A model generated the notes under the pieces. It was not told the origin of the DNA and ran no database searches. It saw nothing but the letters and a program-made list of their open reading frames with translations. From positions 64,232,001 through 64,296,000 of the forward strand of contig OX597827.1 of NCBI GenBank assembly GCA_951406725.2: a stretch of DNA of 64,000 bases. The letters are read 5' to 3'. The translations under genes and the position numbers were made by a program. This document shows positions 27,461 through 41,270 of the stretch, in pieces; position 1 is the stretch's first letter; each line of letters begins with the position of its first letter. The stretch comes from Octopus vulgaris (taxonomy: Eukaryota).

Positions 27461-27464
<4 letters not shown>
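26898..27464 (-). mobile_element. Internally deleted mariner (DD34D-type, mellifera-subfamily-like) with both TIRs
   Basis: TIRs ttgggttgtccggaaa..ccgattt with 3 mismatches in ~30 bp and TA at the right end. N-terminus MEDKKVHFRHLM is fused out of frame to C-terminus ..PPYSPDIAPSDFQLFRSLQNSL..RWRRIVQQNGSY. Confidence 0.92.
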
Positions 27465-27526
<62 letters not shown>

Positions 27527-27782
27527 GCGTCTACCATTGACGAGGCCAGGGAAGGCCAAAACCAGATGATTTGATTCTTCAGTGGTGACGGTGGCGAATG
27601 ATTAGCCTCCCCGCTAGCGATGTAAGCAGGAAGGCTTATATGTTCCAAACGCCAATATGCGAGTTTCTCTCAAGATAACCATCACAGTATTCTGTGTTCT
27701 AACACAACATACACTTTTAAGTTGTTATCAAATATTACTTATTGGTATTTATGCTGTTTCTCTCGCTAATAATAATGTTACA

Positions 27783-27857
<75 letters not shown>

Positions 27858-27899
27858 GTTTCCGCGATACTGAGTTTCTTTAAAAAAAATAATATTCAG

Positions 27900-28145
27900 T
27901 CGGAAAATCTTTTCATAATCTCTTCACTCATCTGATACCTTCTTGATTTTCCAAACGTTTTACATTTTAATGTTAAGGGAGGAAAATTGATTTTAAGGGC
28001 TGCTATGACGAAGCCTTCAATCTGAGCTTCTAAACTTGCAATTCGGAGCCAACCATGTAATTTTTGGCAAACTGTGTTGGCTTTTTGACATGGCACATTT
28101 ACCTTCCACCTGCTTTGTTTGTTATTCTCAAGTGTACTTATCATT
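27900..28145 (-). pseudogene. Highly decayed R4/Dong-like ORF fragment
   Basis: HGWLRIASLEAQIEGFVIAA aligns with QWLRSSGLKAESEGFILAA of the adjacent element. Confidence 0.6.
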
Positions 28146-28326
28146 TAATTAGCGTGGCTGTTGTTGTTGTTGTTGTTGTTGTTATTATTATTATTATTGT
28201 TGTTGTTGTTGTTATATATTCGCTAGATGCCGAAATATCGTTCAACCAATTTCACATGATAACTATGGCACTCTTCTATTTATTTCTTTATAAATTCTGG
28301 AGGAGTTACCTCAGTCCTATATAATC

Positions 28327-28389
<63 letters not shown>

Positions 28390-28390
<1 letters not shown>

Positions 28391-29234
28391 AGTGGCTACG
28401 GAGCTCAGGGCTAAAAGCAGAGAGCGAAGGTTTCATCCTGGCTGCTCAAGATCAAAGCCTATTAACCCGGAACTACCAGGCCAATGTGATGAAAAATGGA
28501 GCAGACCCAAAATGCCGATTCTGCAACGACATGATTGAAACAGTGGACCACCTAATCTCTGGATGTAAAGTCTTAGCACCAGTGGAGTATAAATTAAGAC
28601 ATGACAGAGTTGGCCAATATCTACACTGGCTAATAAGTCGGCATTACAATATCAAAACTGCTGACAAGTGGTATAATCACAACCCTGAAGCTGTAACTGA
28701 GGGAGAAAATGTAACGATTCTGTGGGACTTTCCAGTACATACAGACCGAACCATCAAAGCCAATAAACCAGATATTGTTGTGAAAAACAAAAACAATAAA
28801 GTTTGCTTATTGATCGACATGAGCATCCCCTGTGATCATAATATCTCGGCGAAAGAGTTTGACAAGCTCAGAAAATATAAAGACCTGCTCATTGAAATTG
28901 AGAAAATGTGGCATCTCAAGGCGGTTACAATACCAGTGATCATAGGAGCACTAGGAATGATCAAGAAGGGAACCGAAAATTATATGAGAATGATCCCTGG
29001 CTTACCATCCCTGCAAGAAGTGCAAAAAATTGTCTTAACTGGTACATCACACGTATTGAGAAGAGCATTGTCGATGTGAGAATTTAATTTAACTTAAAAA
29101 AAAAAAAATGAACGAACTAGTGAGTTTAGTTTAATGGACTACCAATGTATACTATGAGTTTCTTTGCCCTAGGAGTCGGGAAGACACTCGGCAAGAAATG
29201 GAAGCAAATTTGAAAGAAGAAAAAAAGGAAGAAA

Positions 29235-29235
<1 letters not shown>
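28390..29235 (+). mobile_element. 5'-truncated R4/Dong-type non-LTR retrotransposon (CCHC knuckle and REL endonuclease, ORF 28390-29079) in (AAT)n
   Basis: Open frame with CRFC..DHLISGC, RHD, KPDIVV, IDMSIP and K..KY motifs. (AAT)n lies on both flanks. Confidence 0.93.
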
Positions 29236-29305
<70 letters not shown>

Positions 29306-29307
<2 letters not shown>

Positions 29308-29500
29308 TCGTCAGCTACTAAGGGACATGTTCAACTGGTTAATGTCAAACAATTGACAAGCAAATCTGTGCTAATGAGCAGAATATTTGCTGCAGCCCAT
29401 CTTTTATACCGAAACAAAACAATGTAATTGTTAACACTTCCAATCAGTTAAGATCAGAAGCCATGAGAGCCACTGTCTGGTACTGCATCACGGCATTTAT
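29306..29500 (-). mobile_element. Family D, 5' 190 bp only, inverted
   Basis: Minus strand aaatgccgtgatgcagtaccagacagtggctctcatggc..gctgacgat. Confidence 0.8.
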
Positions 29501-29902
29501 TATTATCATTATTATTATTGTTGTTGTTGTTGTTGTTGTTGCCACAGCTATCTTCTTGATTCAGTATTGATCTTATTTCTTATAGAATTTATGTGGGTAG
29601 AAGATTTCAACAGTTTCATGCGAGTTTTTTTACTGCAACACTTTTTACTGTGTTCCGGGGGTGTATGTATGCAGTATTGCTTTTCGGTAATGTAGCATTG
29701 TGTCTTGCTACTTGTGTTCTTTGTTTCATCTGCTGCATCTGTTTTGCTTCGCTGTGGAGTTTATTTCGTTGTTCCTACTGTAATTCTAAAGTTACAACGC
29801 ACACATACACACATTATATATTCAGACGTACATTCATACAGTCATATACATACTCGCAGACACAGACGTACACACATATACACACACACAGATATACATA
29901 CA

Positions 29903-30362
29903 TAAGTTAAGTTAAGTTAAGTTAATTTTTTGGCTCAAAAAGCAAAAAGCAAGGCCATGTAGGGGGACATGGAGTTATGTACAGGGTTGTTCATGCAAAG
30001 AGTTCAGGCCATTTCTGGTCAAGAGAGACTTTGAACCGAGCGGTCGTCGGCATCTTCACTATCTCGTCCGGCAGCTTATTCCACGGATCCACAACCCGGA
30101 CGGAGAAAGCCCCCTCTCCTTCGATTCAGATGAAATCGTCGCAGACAGAGCTTTTCGGAGTGACCCCGCAGCCTACGCTCTGGAGCAGGAGTGAAGAACA
30201 GCTCTATCGAGAGGTTACACGTTCCGCTTATGATGTTGTGAGCAAGAATGAGATCACCACGGCGTCGTCGTTTTTCTAGAGAATAAAGGTCGAGCGTCTT
30301 CAGCCTTTCTTCATAAGACAAATGCTTGAGACCAAGAACCATGCGGGTAGCCAGCTTCTGGA
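29903..30362 (-). mobile_element. CR1-clade LINE 3' end with (TTAAC)n tail
   Basis: LSYEERLKTLDLYSLEKRRRRGDLI..RGHSEKL, then after a frameshift FSVRVVDPWNKLP. Tail aagttaagttaagttaagtt on the plus strand. Confidence 0.9.
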
Positions 30363-30690
30363 CTCATCATACAAATACAAGCGAGTGAGTGCAAAAAACG
30401 AAAGGAGTCAGCACTGAACATCTTTCGTTGGAGTTACGGATATGTAATAAGGTTAACTCAACACCACATTAATCAAATCAGATGTCCAAAGACAAAATAG
30501 AGAGAGTTTAAAAAGAATTTCTAAATGGCTTCAAAATATTTAGGCTTCTATTGGTCACTTCGGGTTACGGGTTTGTTTATGCTGTCAAAGCGACGTCTCT
30601 TTTTACGTTGTCGCCAAACATCTAACGAGGTGGACGTGTTTTATGCTCACGAAACTTTAAGTGATGTAAAGCTGAGTCAATCTACTATTA

Positions 30691-30741
<51 letters not shown>

Positions 30742-30842
30742 ACACACGCACACACACACACACACAAATACACACGCACATATACACACATATATAATCA
30801 TCTAAGAATGCATTTGTCATTAAAAAAATATGCACTCGTATA

Positions 30843-31119
30843 TACTCTTTTACTCTCTTTTGCTCTTTTACTTGTTTCAGTCATTTGACTGTGGCCATGC
30901 TGGAGCACCGCCTTTAGTCGAGCACATCGACCCCAGGACTTATTCTTTGTAAGCCTAGTACTTATTCTATCGGTCTCTTTTGCCGAACCGCTAAGTTACG
31001 GGGACGTAAACACACCAGCATCGGTTGTCAAGTGATGATGGGGGGGACAAACAAAAACACAAACATACATACATACATACATACATACATACATACATAC
31101 ATACATACATACATACATG

Positions 31120-31181
<62 letters not shown>

Positions 31182-31343
31182 TACATACGACGGGCTTCTT
31201 TCAGTTTCCGTCTACCAAATCCACTCACAAAGCTTTGGTTGGCTTGAGGCTATAGTAGAAGACAAGGTGCCACGCAGTGGGACTGAACCCGGAACCATGT
31301 GGTTGGTAAGCAAGCTACTTACCACACAGCTACTCCTACGCCT
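30843..31343 (-). mobile_element. SINE family B, full length
   Basis: Reverse complement of family B. Confidence 0.9.
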
Positions 31344-31716
31344 ATAGACATATCTGTCTATAGAGTTTGTATACAGTATAGTCTTTTATCCAGTGTGAAC
31401 CCGTTTGGTAAAATCGCTTGAAATGTGTCTACATTACTGTACAATTTGATTAATACATACCTACATACATACCTTCATATTCTTTTATTTTTTAATTTGT
31501 TTCAGTCATTTGACTGCGACCATGCTGGAGCATCGCATGGAAGTGTTTTTGCTGAACAAATCGACCCCAGGACTTAATCTTTGTAACCCTAGTGCTTATT
31601 CCGACCGTCTCTTTGGTGAACCGCTAAGTTACGGTAACATAAACACACCAACACCGGTTGTCAATGGTGGAGACAAACAGATACAAACACACATACACAT
31701 AGACATATATATATGC

Positions 31717-31766
<50 letters not shown>

Positions 31767-31767
31767 C

Positions 31768-31820
<53 letters not shown>

Positions 31821-32178
31821 CATGTATATATGTATGTATGTATGTATATATATAGAGGGAGATAAGTATATATATATATATATATATACATACAGAGGGG
31901 GAGAGAGAGAAAGAAGGAAAGAGAGAGGGAGAGAGATAGACAGACTGACAGAGACAAAGAAAGAGGAGGTACTCCGCTGTCGCTTTTTGTTATCGCTATT
32001 CTTCTTGAATGTCCGTTTAATACAAGAACCTATAAAAAAAATCTTTGCTTTCTTTTTGCTTAATAAGCAAAACAATTTAATTAAAGGAAGCCTAGAGTTT
32101 ACATTTCTTGATTTAATTACAAACAAATTAGATACAGAAAAATTTTTTTTTTAAATTCATTTAAAATTCGAATAATAC

Positions 32179-32632
32179 TGGCGCAGTCGTGGCTGTGTGG
32201 TTAGAGGTTTGCCTCCCAACCACGCGGTTCCGGTTTCAGTATCTCCGCGTGGCATCTTCGGCGTGTCTCTTTTACTTTAAACCTCTGGCCAACCAAAGCC
32301 TTGTAACGGGGTATGGTAATTGGAAACCGAAAGAAGCCTGTCATGCACATATACATACATGCATAAATGTGTATGTGTGTGTGTGTATGAGTGTGTATGT
32401 GCGTGTGTTTTCGAGCTTCTGCTTCTCGCTCCCCCTACCACTTAAACCAGTGTCAGTTTGTTTACGTCCCTGTAACTTAGCGCGTCGGTAAAAGGAAATC
32501 CGATAGAATAAGTACCAGGCTTTAAAAATTCAATAAATAAGTACTGGAGTCGATTCGTTCGACTATAACTTTTCAAAGCGGTGCCCCAGCATGGCCGCAG
32601 TCCAACGACGGAAACAAGCAAAAGATAAAAGA
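32179..32632 (+). mobile_element. SINE family B, old diverged copy
   Basis: Collinear with family B, many substitutions. Confidence 0.82.
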
Positions 32633-32669
32633 TATGTATTCACATTGGGCAATCTATGATGGAGCTATA

Positions 32670-33098
32670 GGCGCAGGAGTGGCTGTTTGGTAAGTAGCTT
32701 GCTAACCAACCACATGGTTCCGGGTTCAGTCCCACTGCGTGGCATCTTGGGCAAGTGTCTTCTGCTATAGCCCCGGGCCGACCAATGCCTTGTGAGTGGA
32801 TTTGGTAGACGGAAACTGAAAGAAGCCTGTCGTATATATGTATATATCTATAAGTGTGTGTGAATATGTTTGTGTGTCTGTATTTGTTCCCCTAGCATTG
32901 CTTGACAACCGATGCTGGTGTGTTTACGTCCCCGTCACTTAGCGGTTCGGCAAAAGAGACCGATAGAATAAGTAATGGGCTTACAAAGAATAAGTCCCGG
33001 GGTCGATTTGCTCGACTAAAGGCGGTGCTCCAGCATGGCCGCAGTCAAATGACTGAAACAAGTAAAAAAGAGTAAAAAAAAAAAAGAGTAAAAAGAGT
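32670..33098 (+). mobile_element. SINE family B, young copy
   Basis: Near-identical to 12992-13406. Confidence 0.92.
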
Positions 33099-33581
33099 AT
33101 GAATAACGACATTTTCTCAAAGGCATTAAACAACAGCTAATTGTTTATCGCTTAAACCCAAGAACCAAAGATTAAACTGTTTTTCTTATAATCACCAGCA
33201 ATGGAAATTTGGAGGAGAGAACGTCAATCGATGTCATCGCGTCCAGTATTAAACTAGAACTTTATTTTATGCTTAAGCTACTTATTGCTGAGCGACGTAT
33301 CAAAACGATCTTCAATGACGGAGAAATCCTTATGCTGTTTATGCTTTATCGCTTACTTGTTTCGGCACCGCCTTCAAGAATTTTGGGTCGAATGAATCGA
33401 CCCTAGCACTTGTTCTTTTTTTTTTTTTTTAAACCTGGTATTTATTCGATTGGTTTCTTTTACCGAACTGTTACGTCACGAGGACGTAAACAAACCAACA
33501 CTGGTAGTCAAGCGGTGGTGAGGAACAAACATAAAACCAAAGACACATACATATATGTGTGTGTGTGTGTGAATAACACAA

Positions 33582-33655
<74 letters not shown>

Positions 33656-33656
33656 T

Positions 33657-33944
33657 ATGGCCCAGTGGTTAGGGCAGCAGACTCGCGGTCGTAGGATCGC
33701 GGTTTCGATTCCCAGACCGGGCGTTGTGAGTGTTTATTGAGCGAAAACACCTGAAAGCTCCACGAGGCTCCGGCAGGGGGTGGTGATCCCTGCTGTACTC
33801 TTTCACCACTCTTTCTCTCACTCTTTCTTCTGTTGGCCTGCTCGCTTAGCCAGCGGGGTGGCGTCATTCTAAGGCTAAAACAATGCGAACGCATTGTGAC
33901 CAGCGATGTGTAGCAACATCTGATGGTCTGGGCGGTCACGTGAT
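33657..33944 (+). mobile_element. SINE family A2
   Basis: Matches 26225-26540. Confidence 0.9.
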
Positions 33945-34540
33945 ATATAGGTAAGTATGTATGTATTGAACAATGGGGATTTCGTGTAGCATATGTGTGA
34001 CTATTTTTTTTTTTTTTGTTTTCGCTGATGTAAACCAGTATGTTCAGTTGTGTCCCTTTATGTAAAAAAAAAAAAAAAAGGAAGAAAAAAAAAGAAAAGA
34101 AAAGAAAGACTGTACACGTGGTGTTTCAAACAGAAGGACCGCTCATGCGCTAACATATGCACCAGACTGAAAAAAGGCGAAAATAAAAAGAATAAAAAAA
34201 AAAGAGAAAAAAAATGTATATTCTCAGGTCGATACGATCGACTAAAGTCCCAATACATCTGAAGTCCAATAACTGAAAGCAGTAAAAGATACGAAGACAA
34301 AAGATGTAATAACGCAGAGAGAGAGAGAGAGGGCGGGTAGAGAGCAGATGTTATCGTAATGTAATTAGCGCAAATTATGCAATAGCATAGATTTTTCTAT
34401 AGCGTTTGATAACACGTACCATCATAGTTTAATGCATTTCCTATATTGGCCAATTTAGATAGTTGACTAATAATAGTCTAATTCTCATTATTTTCTTGGT
34501 TCTCCTTCTTTCATTTGATCCGTTACAGATTATATCAAAC

Positions 34541-35115
34541 GGCAGGCATGGCTGTGTGGTGAAGAAGCTCGCTTTGCGATCGCGTGGTTTTAGGTTCAGT
34601 CCCACTGCGCAACACCTCGGGAAAAATGTCTTGTATTATATACATCCTGGTCGACCAATGCCTTTTGTGAGAATCTAGTAGACGGAACCTGTAACCTGTA
34701 TATGGAAGTCCGTCCTGGCCAAGTGGTTAACGGTTGCACTCGCGATCGCAAGATTGCGGTTTCGATTCTCAGACCAATGGTGCGCTGAGTTCTTGAGTTG
34801 CCTGCCTAGTCAGCGGAGTGAGGCAACATTGGAAAACGAAAACAATGTGAGGAAATGCATTGTGACCAGCGCTGTATAACATCATCTGATAGTCTGGTCA
34901 AAACAGTGATGCGCGCACGCGCGTTTGTCGGTGTTTATCCTCCACCACCATTTCACAATCGGTGTCAGTTTGTTTACATGATAATGATCTAGCGGTTCAG
35001 CAATATAGAGACCGATAGAATAAGAACCAGACTTTTAAAAAATAAATACTAATGTCAATTTGTCCGACTAAGACCATCAAAGGCTTTTATTAAAACAAGT
35101 AAGAGATAAAAAGAT
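34541..35115 (+). mobile_element. Old family B copy interrupted by a decayed tRNA-headed SINE with A2-type tail (~34715-34910)
   Basis: B 5' half at 34541-34690 and B 3' half at ~34925-35115. The insert has tggccaagtggtt..gtttcgattctc..gcattgtgaccagcg. Confidence 0.7.
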
Positions 35116-35288
35116 AAAAGACATTGGTCCAGGGCAGTGGATTGGAGGAAATAATAGAGCGCTGGACGGTATATCCAACAGCTGTTTCTGGGGGTGTGGT
35201 GTTCCAAAATAATGCTTGTAACTTAATTCCATCATGAGATGCCACCAGCCTCCGTCTCCAGGGAAGAATTTTATATATATGTATATGT

Positions 35289-35626
35289 GAAGGCGCATGG
35301 CTCAGTGGTTAGAGCGTCGAGCTTACGATCGTGAGGTTGTGAGCTCGAATTCCGGACCGGGCTGCGTGTTGTGTTCTTGAGCAAGGCACTTTATTTCCCG
35401 TTGCTCCAGTTCACTCAGCTGTAGAAATGAGTTGCGACGTCACTGGTGCCAGGCTGTATCGACCTTTGTCTTTCCCTTGGATAACACTGGTGGTGTGGAG
35501 AGGGGAGGCCGGTATGCATGGGTGACTGCTGGTCTTCCATAAACAACCTTGCCCGGACTTGTGTCTAGGAGGGTAACTTTCTAGGTGCAATCCCATGGTC
35601 ATTCATGACCGGAGGCGGTCTTTACC

Positions 35627-35630
<4 letters not shown>
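35289..35630 (+). mobile_element. tRNA-derived SINE family E, full length
   Basis: A-box tggctcagtgg, B-box gctcgaattcc, central gtgttcttgagcaaggcacttt and terminal hairpin ggtcattcatgacc. Confidence 0.9.
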
Positions 35631-35664
<34 letters not shown>

Positions 35665-35969
35665 TAATGATACAACGGTGATACATTTATCAGAAGCTAC
35701 GACCGACAGATGGTACCAGTAATTTGAATAAACAATGGAAGCATAATTTCCTTGGTTCAGTTGGAAGATCGACTGCTACCATTTATAACTAGTACTGAGT
35801 AAAGCACAAAATAGTTATTATTTTTGTTTTTTTATCTTTCTTCCTTTCAGTCATTGGACGCACTGTTTTGGAATCACTTTTCTAAAAGATTAATAGTTTT
35901 ATCAACTTCAACATCTCAAAGATTATTTTATTAATTGCTATCAGTTTTTCATTTAGTGTGGTTCAACCT

Positions 35970-36004
35970 CTGATGAGACTCCAAAAAGGGTCGAAAATCG
36001 ATTA
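35970..36004 (+). ncRNA. Hammerhead-ribozyme core (stem I degraded)
   Basis: CTGATGA-gactc-caaaaa-gggtc-GAAA-atcgat-TA: intact core, 5-bp stem II and palindromic stem III. Confidence 0.5.
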
Positions 36005-36847
36005 AGCCTGTCCATCAATTGTTTTTTTTTTTTTCAGTCTACAGATTTAATACCATGACATATTGCCAACATTGTTTCCCTCTGATATTAAATAAACAGG
36101 GCTCTGTTATTAAGTAAATTAAGCATGGTCATAACCCTTTCTTCCACTAGTACAATGCCTGAAATTTTGGAGGAGGAGGAGACTTGTAGATTATATCGAC
36201 GCCAGTGCTCAACTGGTACTTATTTTATCGATCCCGAAAGTCGACCTAGATGAAATTCGAACTCAGAACCAAAATAAAAGCCGCAAATCAGTTTGTCCGA
36301 TTCGTTAACGATTCTACCAGCTCGCCACATTATTAAACACTGTTACGATAAAAAGATTTCAGTTTCCCCTATTAAATCCTCCATTTTTTTCTTACCAAGC
36401 GTCTTTTTAGCTTTCATGCTATGTCTACTGTTTGCCTCAATAACTTCCCATCGACCATCGAAATGTTTTGTTCTTGAATTTACCATCCTCTCTCTCTTTA
36501 TCATCTATTTGCTTTTTATAAACCTGACAACATTTACACAACGATTTTCTGATTGTACAGGAAAAAGCTTGTCTCTACTTTTCTTAATATAGTTCTCTAA
36601 TCTTATAAATAATAAGTGCACTGTGTCTGGTTACAGTGCACGCTAACTTTATTACCGTTATTCCTTGATACACGGAAGCATACACACGAGAATATACATT
36701 CATTCATGCATACGTACATACACACATACATACACAGACAGACACACACACACACACATTAAACTGGAGGAATATTTAATGTATCCTGTAGAGTATACAT
36801 TTGTTATTCTTTAACAAGAATAGCGTTGACAGTAATCGCGAAGTTTC

Positions 36848-37000
36848 GCTGTGTGGTAAGTAGCTTGCTAACCAACCACATGGTTCCGGGTTCAGTCCCA
36901 CTGCGTGGCATCTTGGGCAAGTGTCTTCTGCTATAGCCCCGGGCCGACCAATGCCTTGTGAGTGGATTTGGTAGACGGAAACTGAAAGAAGCCTGTCGTA

Positions 37001-37048
<48 letters not shown>

Positions 37049-37557
37049 AAAAAGGGACAGGCAAAACAGGTTGCTTGACCGCATACCGAAAATATATATT
37101 CAATATGTTTATAATCCAGAAACATGAAATTCCTTTTTCAATGGAAAGCTGTGCTGAAGAAGGATGTGAAATATATATGCAATATATATGAAATATATAT
37201 CAAAAATATATGGAATATATATTCAATATCTTTATAATCCAGAAACATGAAATTCCACAGATAACCGCCAGACTTCATATTCGTTATCTATTCCTTCTGT
37301 TTTGCATATGTGAATTACAGGGTCTGTCATGCCCGGAGTCCAACTTTGATAGAAATAAGCATTCTTGACTGCTATTTCTATTTTTTCGGTATGCGGTCAA
37401 GCAACCTGTTTTGCCTGTTCCGTTTTCTTATATACAATATATATACTGAACTTTACAGAAGTTCCTGCCGGTAATCGGCTATATTTACATACCGAATTCT
37501 ACCAGTAAATAATTGGGGTTTTTTTAAAAGCCTTTATAGAAATTATTTACTCTTATC

Positions 37558-37654
<97 letters not shown>

Positions 37655-37865
37655 TTGTGTGTCTGTGTTTGTCCCCCCTAGCATTGTTTGACAACCGATG
37701 CTGGTGTGTTTACGTCCCCGTCACTTAGCGGTTCGGCAAAACAGACCGATAGAATAAGTACTGGGCTTACAAAGAATAAGTCCCGGGGTCGATTTACTCG
37801 ACTAAAGGCGGTGCTCCAGCATGGCCACAGTCAAATGACTGAAACAAGTAAAAGAGTAAAATAGT
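36848..37865 (+). mobile_element. SINE family B with a ~520-bp Penelope-like insertion in its internal (TA)n
   Basis: B 5' half at 36848-37000 and 3' half at 37640-37865. The insert has ~50-bp inverted arms (37041-37092 and 37384-37433) and an internal direct repeat (aatatatattcaatat..ataatccagaaacatgaaattcc at ~37090 and ~37214). Confidence 0.85.
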
Positions 37866-37966
37866 AGAGTCCCATGAATGTTAAGCAGGCCGAAACTTCG
37901 ATGTCACTGTCAACATTATTCTTGTTAAAGGATAATACACACACTTTTTGTAGAGTACATATTTAT

Positions 37967-38370
37967 TACTCTTCAACAAGAATAGTGACTTCGAAGTCAC
38001 TGTCAGTACCATACTCTTCAACAAGAATAGCTACTTCGAGGTCACTGTCAGTACCATACTCTTCAACAAGAATAGCTACTTCGAAGTCACTGTCAACACC
38101 ATACTCTTCAACAAGAATAGTGACTTCGAAGTCACTGTCAATACCATACTCTTCAACAAGAATAGTGACTTCGAAGTCACTGTCAGTACCATACTCTTCA
38201 ACAAGAATAGTGACTTCGAAGTCACTGTCAGTACCATACTCTTCAACAAGAATAGTGACTTCGAAGTCACTGTCAGTACCATACTCTTCAACAAGAATAG
38301 TGACTTCGAAGTCACTGTCAGTACCATACTCTTCAACAAGAATAGTGACTTCGAAGTCACTGTCAGTACA
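37967..38370. repeat. 45-bp minisatellite, 9 copies, with an internal 18-bp palindrome
   Basis: actcttcaacaag recurs exactly every 45 bp from 37968 to 38328. The unit contains AGTGACTTCGAAGTCACT. Confidence 0.95.
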
Positions 38371-38469
38371 ATTCTTGTTAAAGAATAATATGTATGTATG
38401 TGTACGTGTATGTGTGTGCATGTGCGTGTGTTATTGCTCTCTTGTTCTGATTTCCATGTAATAGCTGTA

Positions 38470-38661
38470 AACGAATGGCACCACCATACAAGCAGTGTCA
38501 TTCATTTACAACCTTCCGCGAAAAACATGTCCAGTCTTTGGGGAATGATACCTTACTTCTGAAACGAGTGAGGGTCGGCGAAAAGAAAAAAAAAATCGCT
38601 TCAACGAAATTCCATCTGACCCATGCCAAGACGGGAAAAGCAGACGTTAAACGATGACGAG
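38470..38661 (+). mobile_element. Decayed SINE/LINE 3' tail
   Basis: Ends gacccatgcc..gggaaaagcagacgttaaacgatgacga, which resembles RTE-partnered tails (inference). Confidence 0.45.
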
Positions 38662-39074
38662 TGTGCGTGCGCGCGGGCGCGCGCGTATGATTTGAAGGGA
38701 AGCTTGGCTTCTATATTTAGATGATCGAGCTACAATATACGGTGGTGATTCTCTATTACTTTGCTCTTTTCCAGTCTGTTTATTTCAATCACCGCCACAT
38801 TTGTCAATACCTTAAACGTTCTTTAACATCTCTGCAGGAGATTCTAAACAGACTGTGTTTGAAATAGCAAAAATCCATAGTTGTTACTTTTGGAGTCATG
38901 TTTGAGGTCATCGTTTGACATTCGATAATTGATTCCTTCATTAATTTTGTAACGTGGTTTTTTTTTTCGCTTTTTCGGTTTTTTTGTCTTTCGTAATTAT
39001 TTATATCTCAGCATGGGAGGCCGAATTGATTGTCTTTGCGGGAAAAGAACGACCATTTTGATTTTAATTTTTAA

Positions 39075-39660
<586 letters not shown>

Positions 39661-39799
39661 TGTTGGGTTTTTTTTTCACTTCTGCGTTGTTACGTATACA
39701 AAGTCAATGATTTGGTCTGCAATGGCTATCGTAGTCTCGTCGTATAACCCATGTCGAGCTCATAAACTTAATCTTATCTTTCATTGATTTTTAAAAAAT

Positions 39800-40120
39800 C
39801 TCTTACTTGTTTTAGCCACTGGACTGTGGTCATGATGGAGCACTGCTTTACAGGGTTTCAGTAGAATCACAAAGTTACTCGTACGTAAACAAACCAACCC
39901 CGGTTATCAAGAGGTAATGGGGAACAAACACAACACAAATGCACATACACACACACACACACACGACGGGCTTCTTTCTGTTTCCGTCAACCATATCCAC
40001 TATCACAAGGCTTTGGTCGGTCAGGATTTATAGCAATACTTACCCAAGGTGCTATGCAGTGGAACTGAACCCCAAAACCACATGGTTGGGGGACAGGCTT
40101 CTTAATCACACAAACCACGC
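39800..40120 (-). mobile_element. SINE family B, old copy
   Basis: Reverse-complement similarity to family B. Head-to-head with the 40146 copy. Confidence 0.75.
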
Positions 40121-40145
40121 AATAACGTTTTCTTTTTTTTTTGCG

Positions 40146-40315
40146 ATGTGGCTGTGTGGTAAGAAGCTTGCTCCCCAACCAAATGGATCCGGGTTCAGTC
40201 CTACTGAGAGGCACCTTTGGCAAGTGTCTTCTATGGGACGCCCAAACCTTGTGAGTGTATTTTGTAGCCGAAAACTGAAAGAAGCTCGTCGTATGTATGT
40301 ATGTATGTATGTATG

Positions 40316-40346
<31 letters not shown>

Positions 40347-40399
40347 GTAAGTATGTATGTATGTATGTATGTATGTATGTATGTATGTTTGTATGTATG

Positions 40400-40430
<31 letters not shown>

Positions 40431-40503
40431 GTAAGTATGTATGTATGTATGTATGTATGTATGTATGTATGTATGTATGTATCTATCTATCTATCTATCT
40501 ATC

Positions 40504-40543
<40 letters not shown>

Positions 40544-40770
40544 TGTCTGTCCCTTTATTTCTGCTCACTCCCCCCCCTCTCACCAACACCGATTTCAATC
40601 GGTGTTGGTGTGTTACGTCCCCGTAACATAGCGGATTGGCAAATGATAGAATAAACACCAGGCCCGAAAAAATAAGTCCTGGGATCGAATCGTTCGACTT
40701 TGAAGCGGTGCTCCAGCATGACCACAGTCAAGTGACTGAAAAAAGTAAAAGAGTGAAAGAGTAAAAGAGT
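40146..40770 (+). mobile_element. SINE family B, old copy with expanded (TATG)n
   Basis: Family B head, core and tail. Confidence 0.82.
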
Positions 40771-41270
40771 AATCGACCATTCGCTCGGTATGGCGGTAGA
40801 TTGCCATTGGTAGCGATAGTGGAATGGTGCTGCCAAGTCTGCGAGACATAGAAGCAATAGATTGGCGGCGGAAATCGTTGAAGTTGGGGACAACATGACT
40901 GCAGTGTTTCGAGGTCAGATTTCCTTTTCATCTTTTGCGAGGGTCGATAAGATAAAGAAGCAATCAACCACTGGATTCGATTAAATTTTCCTTACGAAGA
41001 ATTCCGTTAGTGTTTGGAATTATAATTGCGAAACACCGTCACTGCCACTATCACAAAGCCACCGCCACCGCCACCACCACCACCATCTCCACCGCAAACA
41101 CCACCACTACACCACGCAATCAACACCACTACCAACAACAACATGACCACCACTACCTCCACAACCAACACCACCGCCACTACAACCACCATCAACACGA
41201 CCACCACAACCAACACCAAAACCACCGCCGACACCACCACCACCAATAATAATAATAATAATAATAATAA

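Noticed and set aside
28390-29079. Host endonuclease gene
   Set aside because: It is a 5'-truncated LINE ORF with a 3' UTR and AAT flanks, and a frameshifted paralog lies at 15465.
37966-38461. CRISPR-like array, or a repeat protein (EEYGTDSDFEVTILV)n
   Set aside because: Units are contiguous with no unique spacers and no cas genes, in a eukaryotic context. The ORFs follow from a 45-bp (3n) period.
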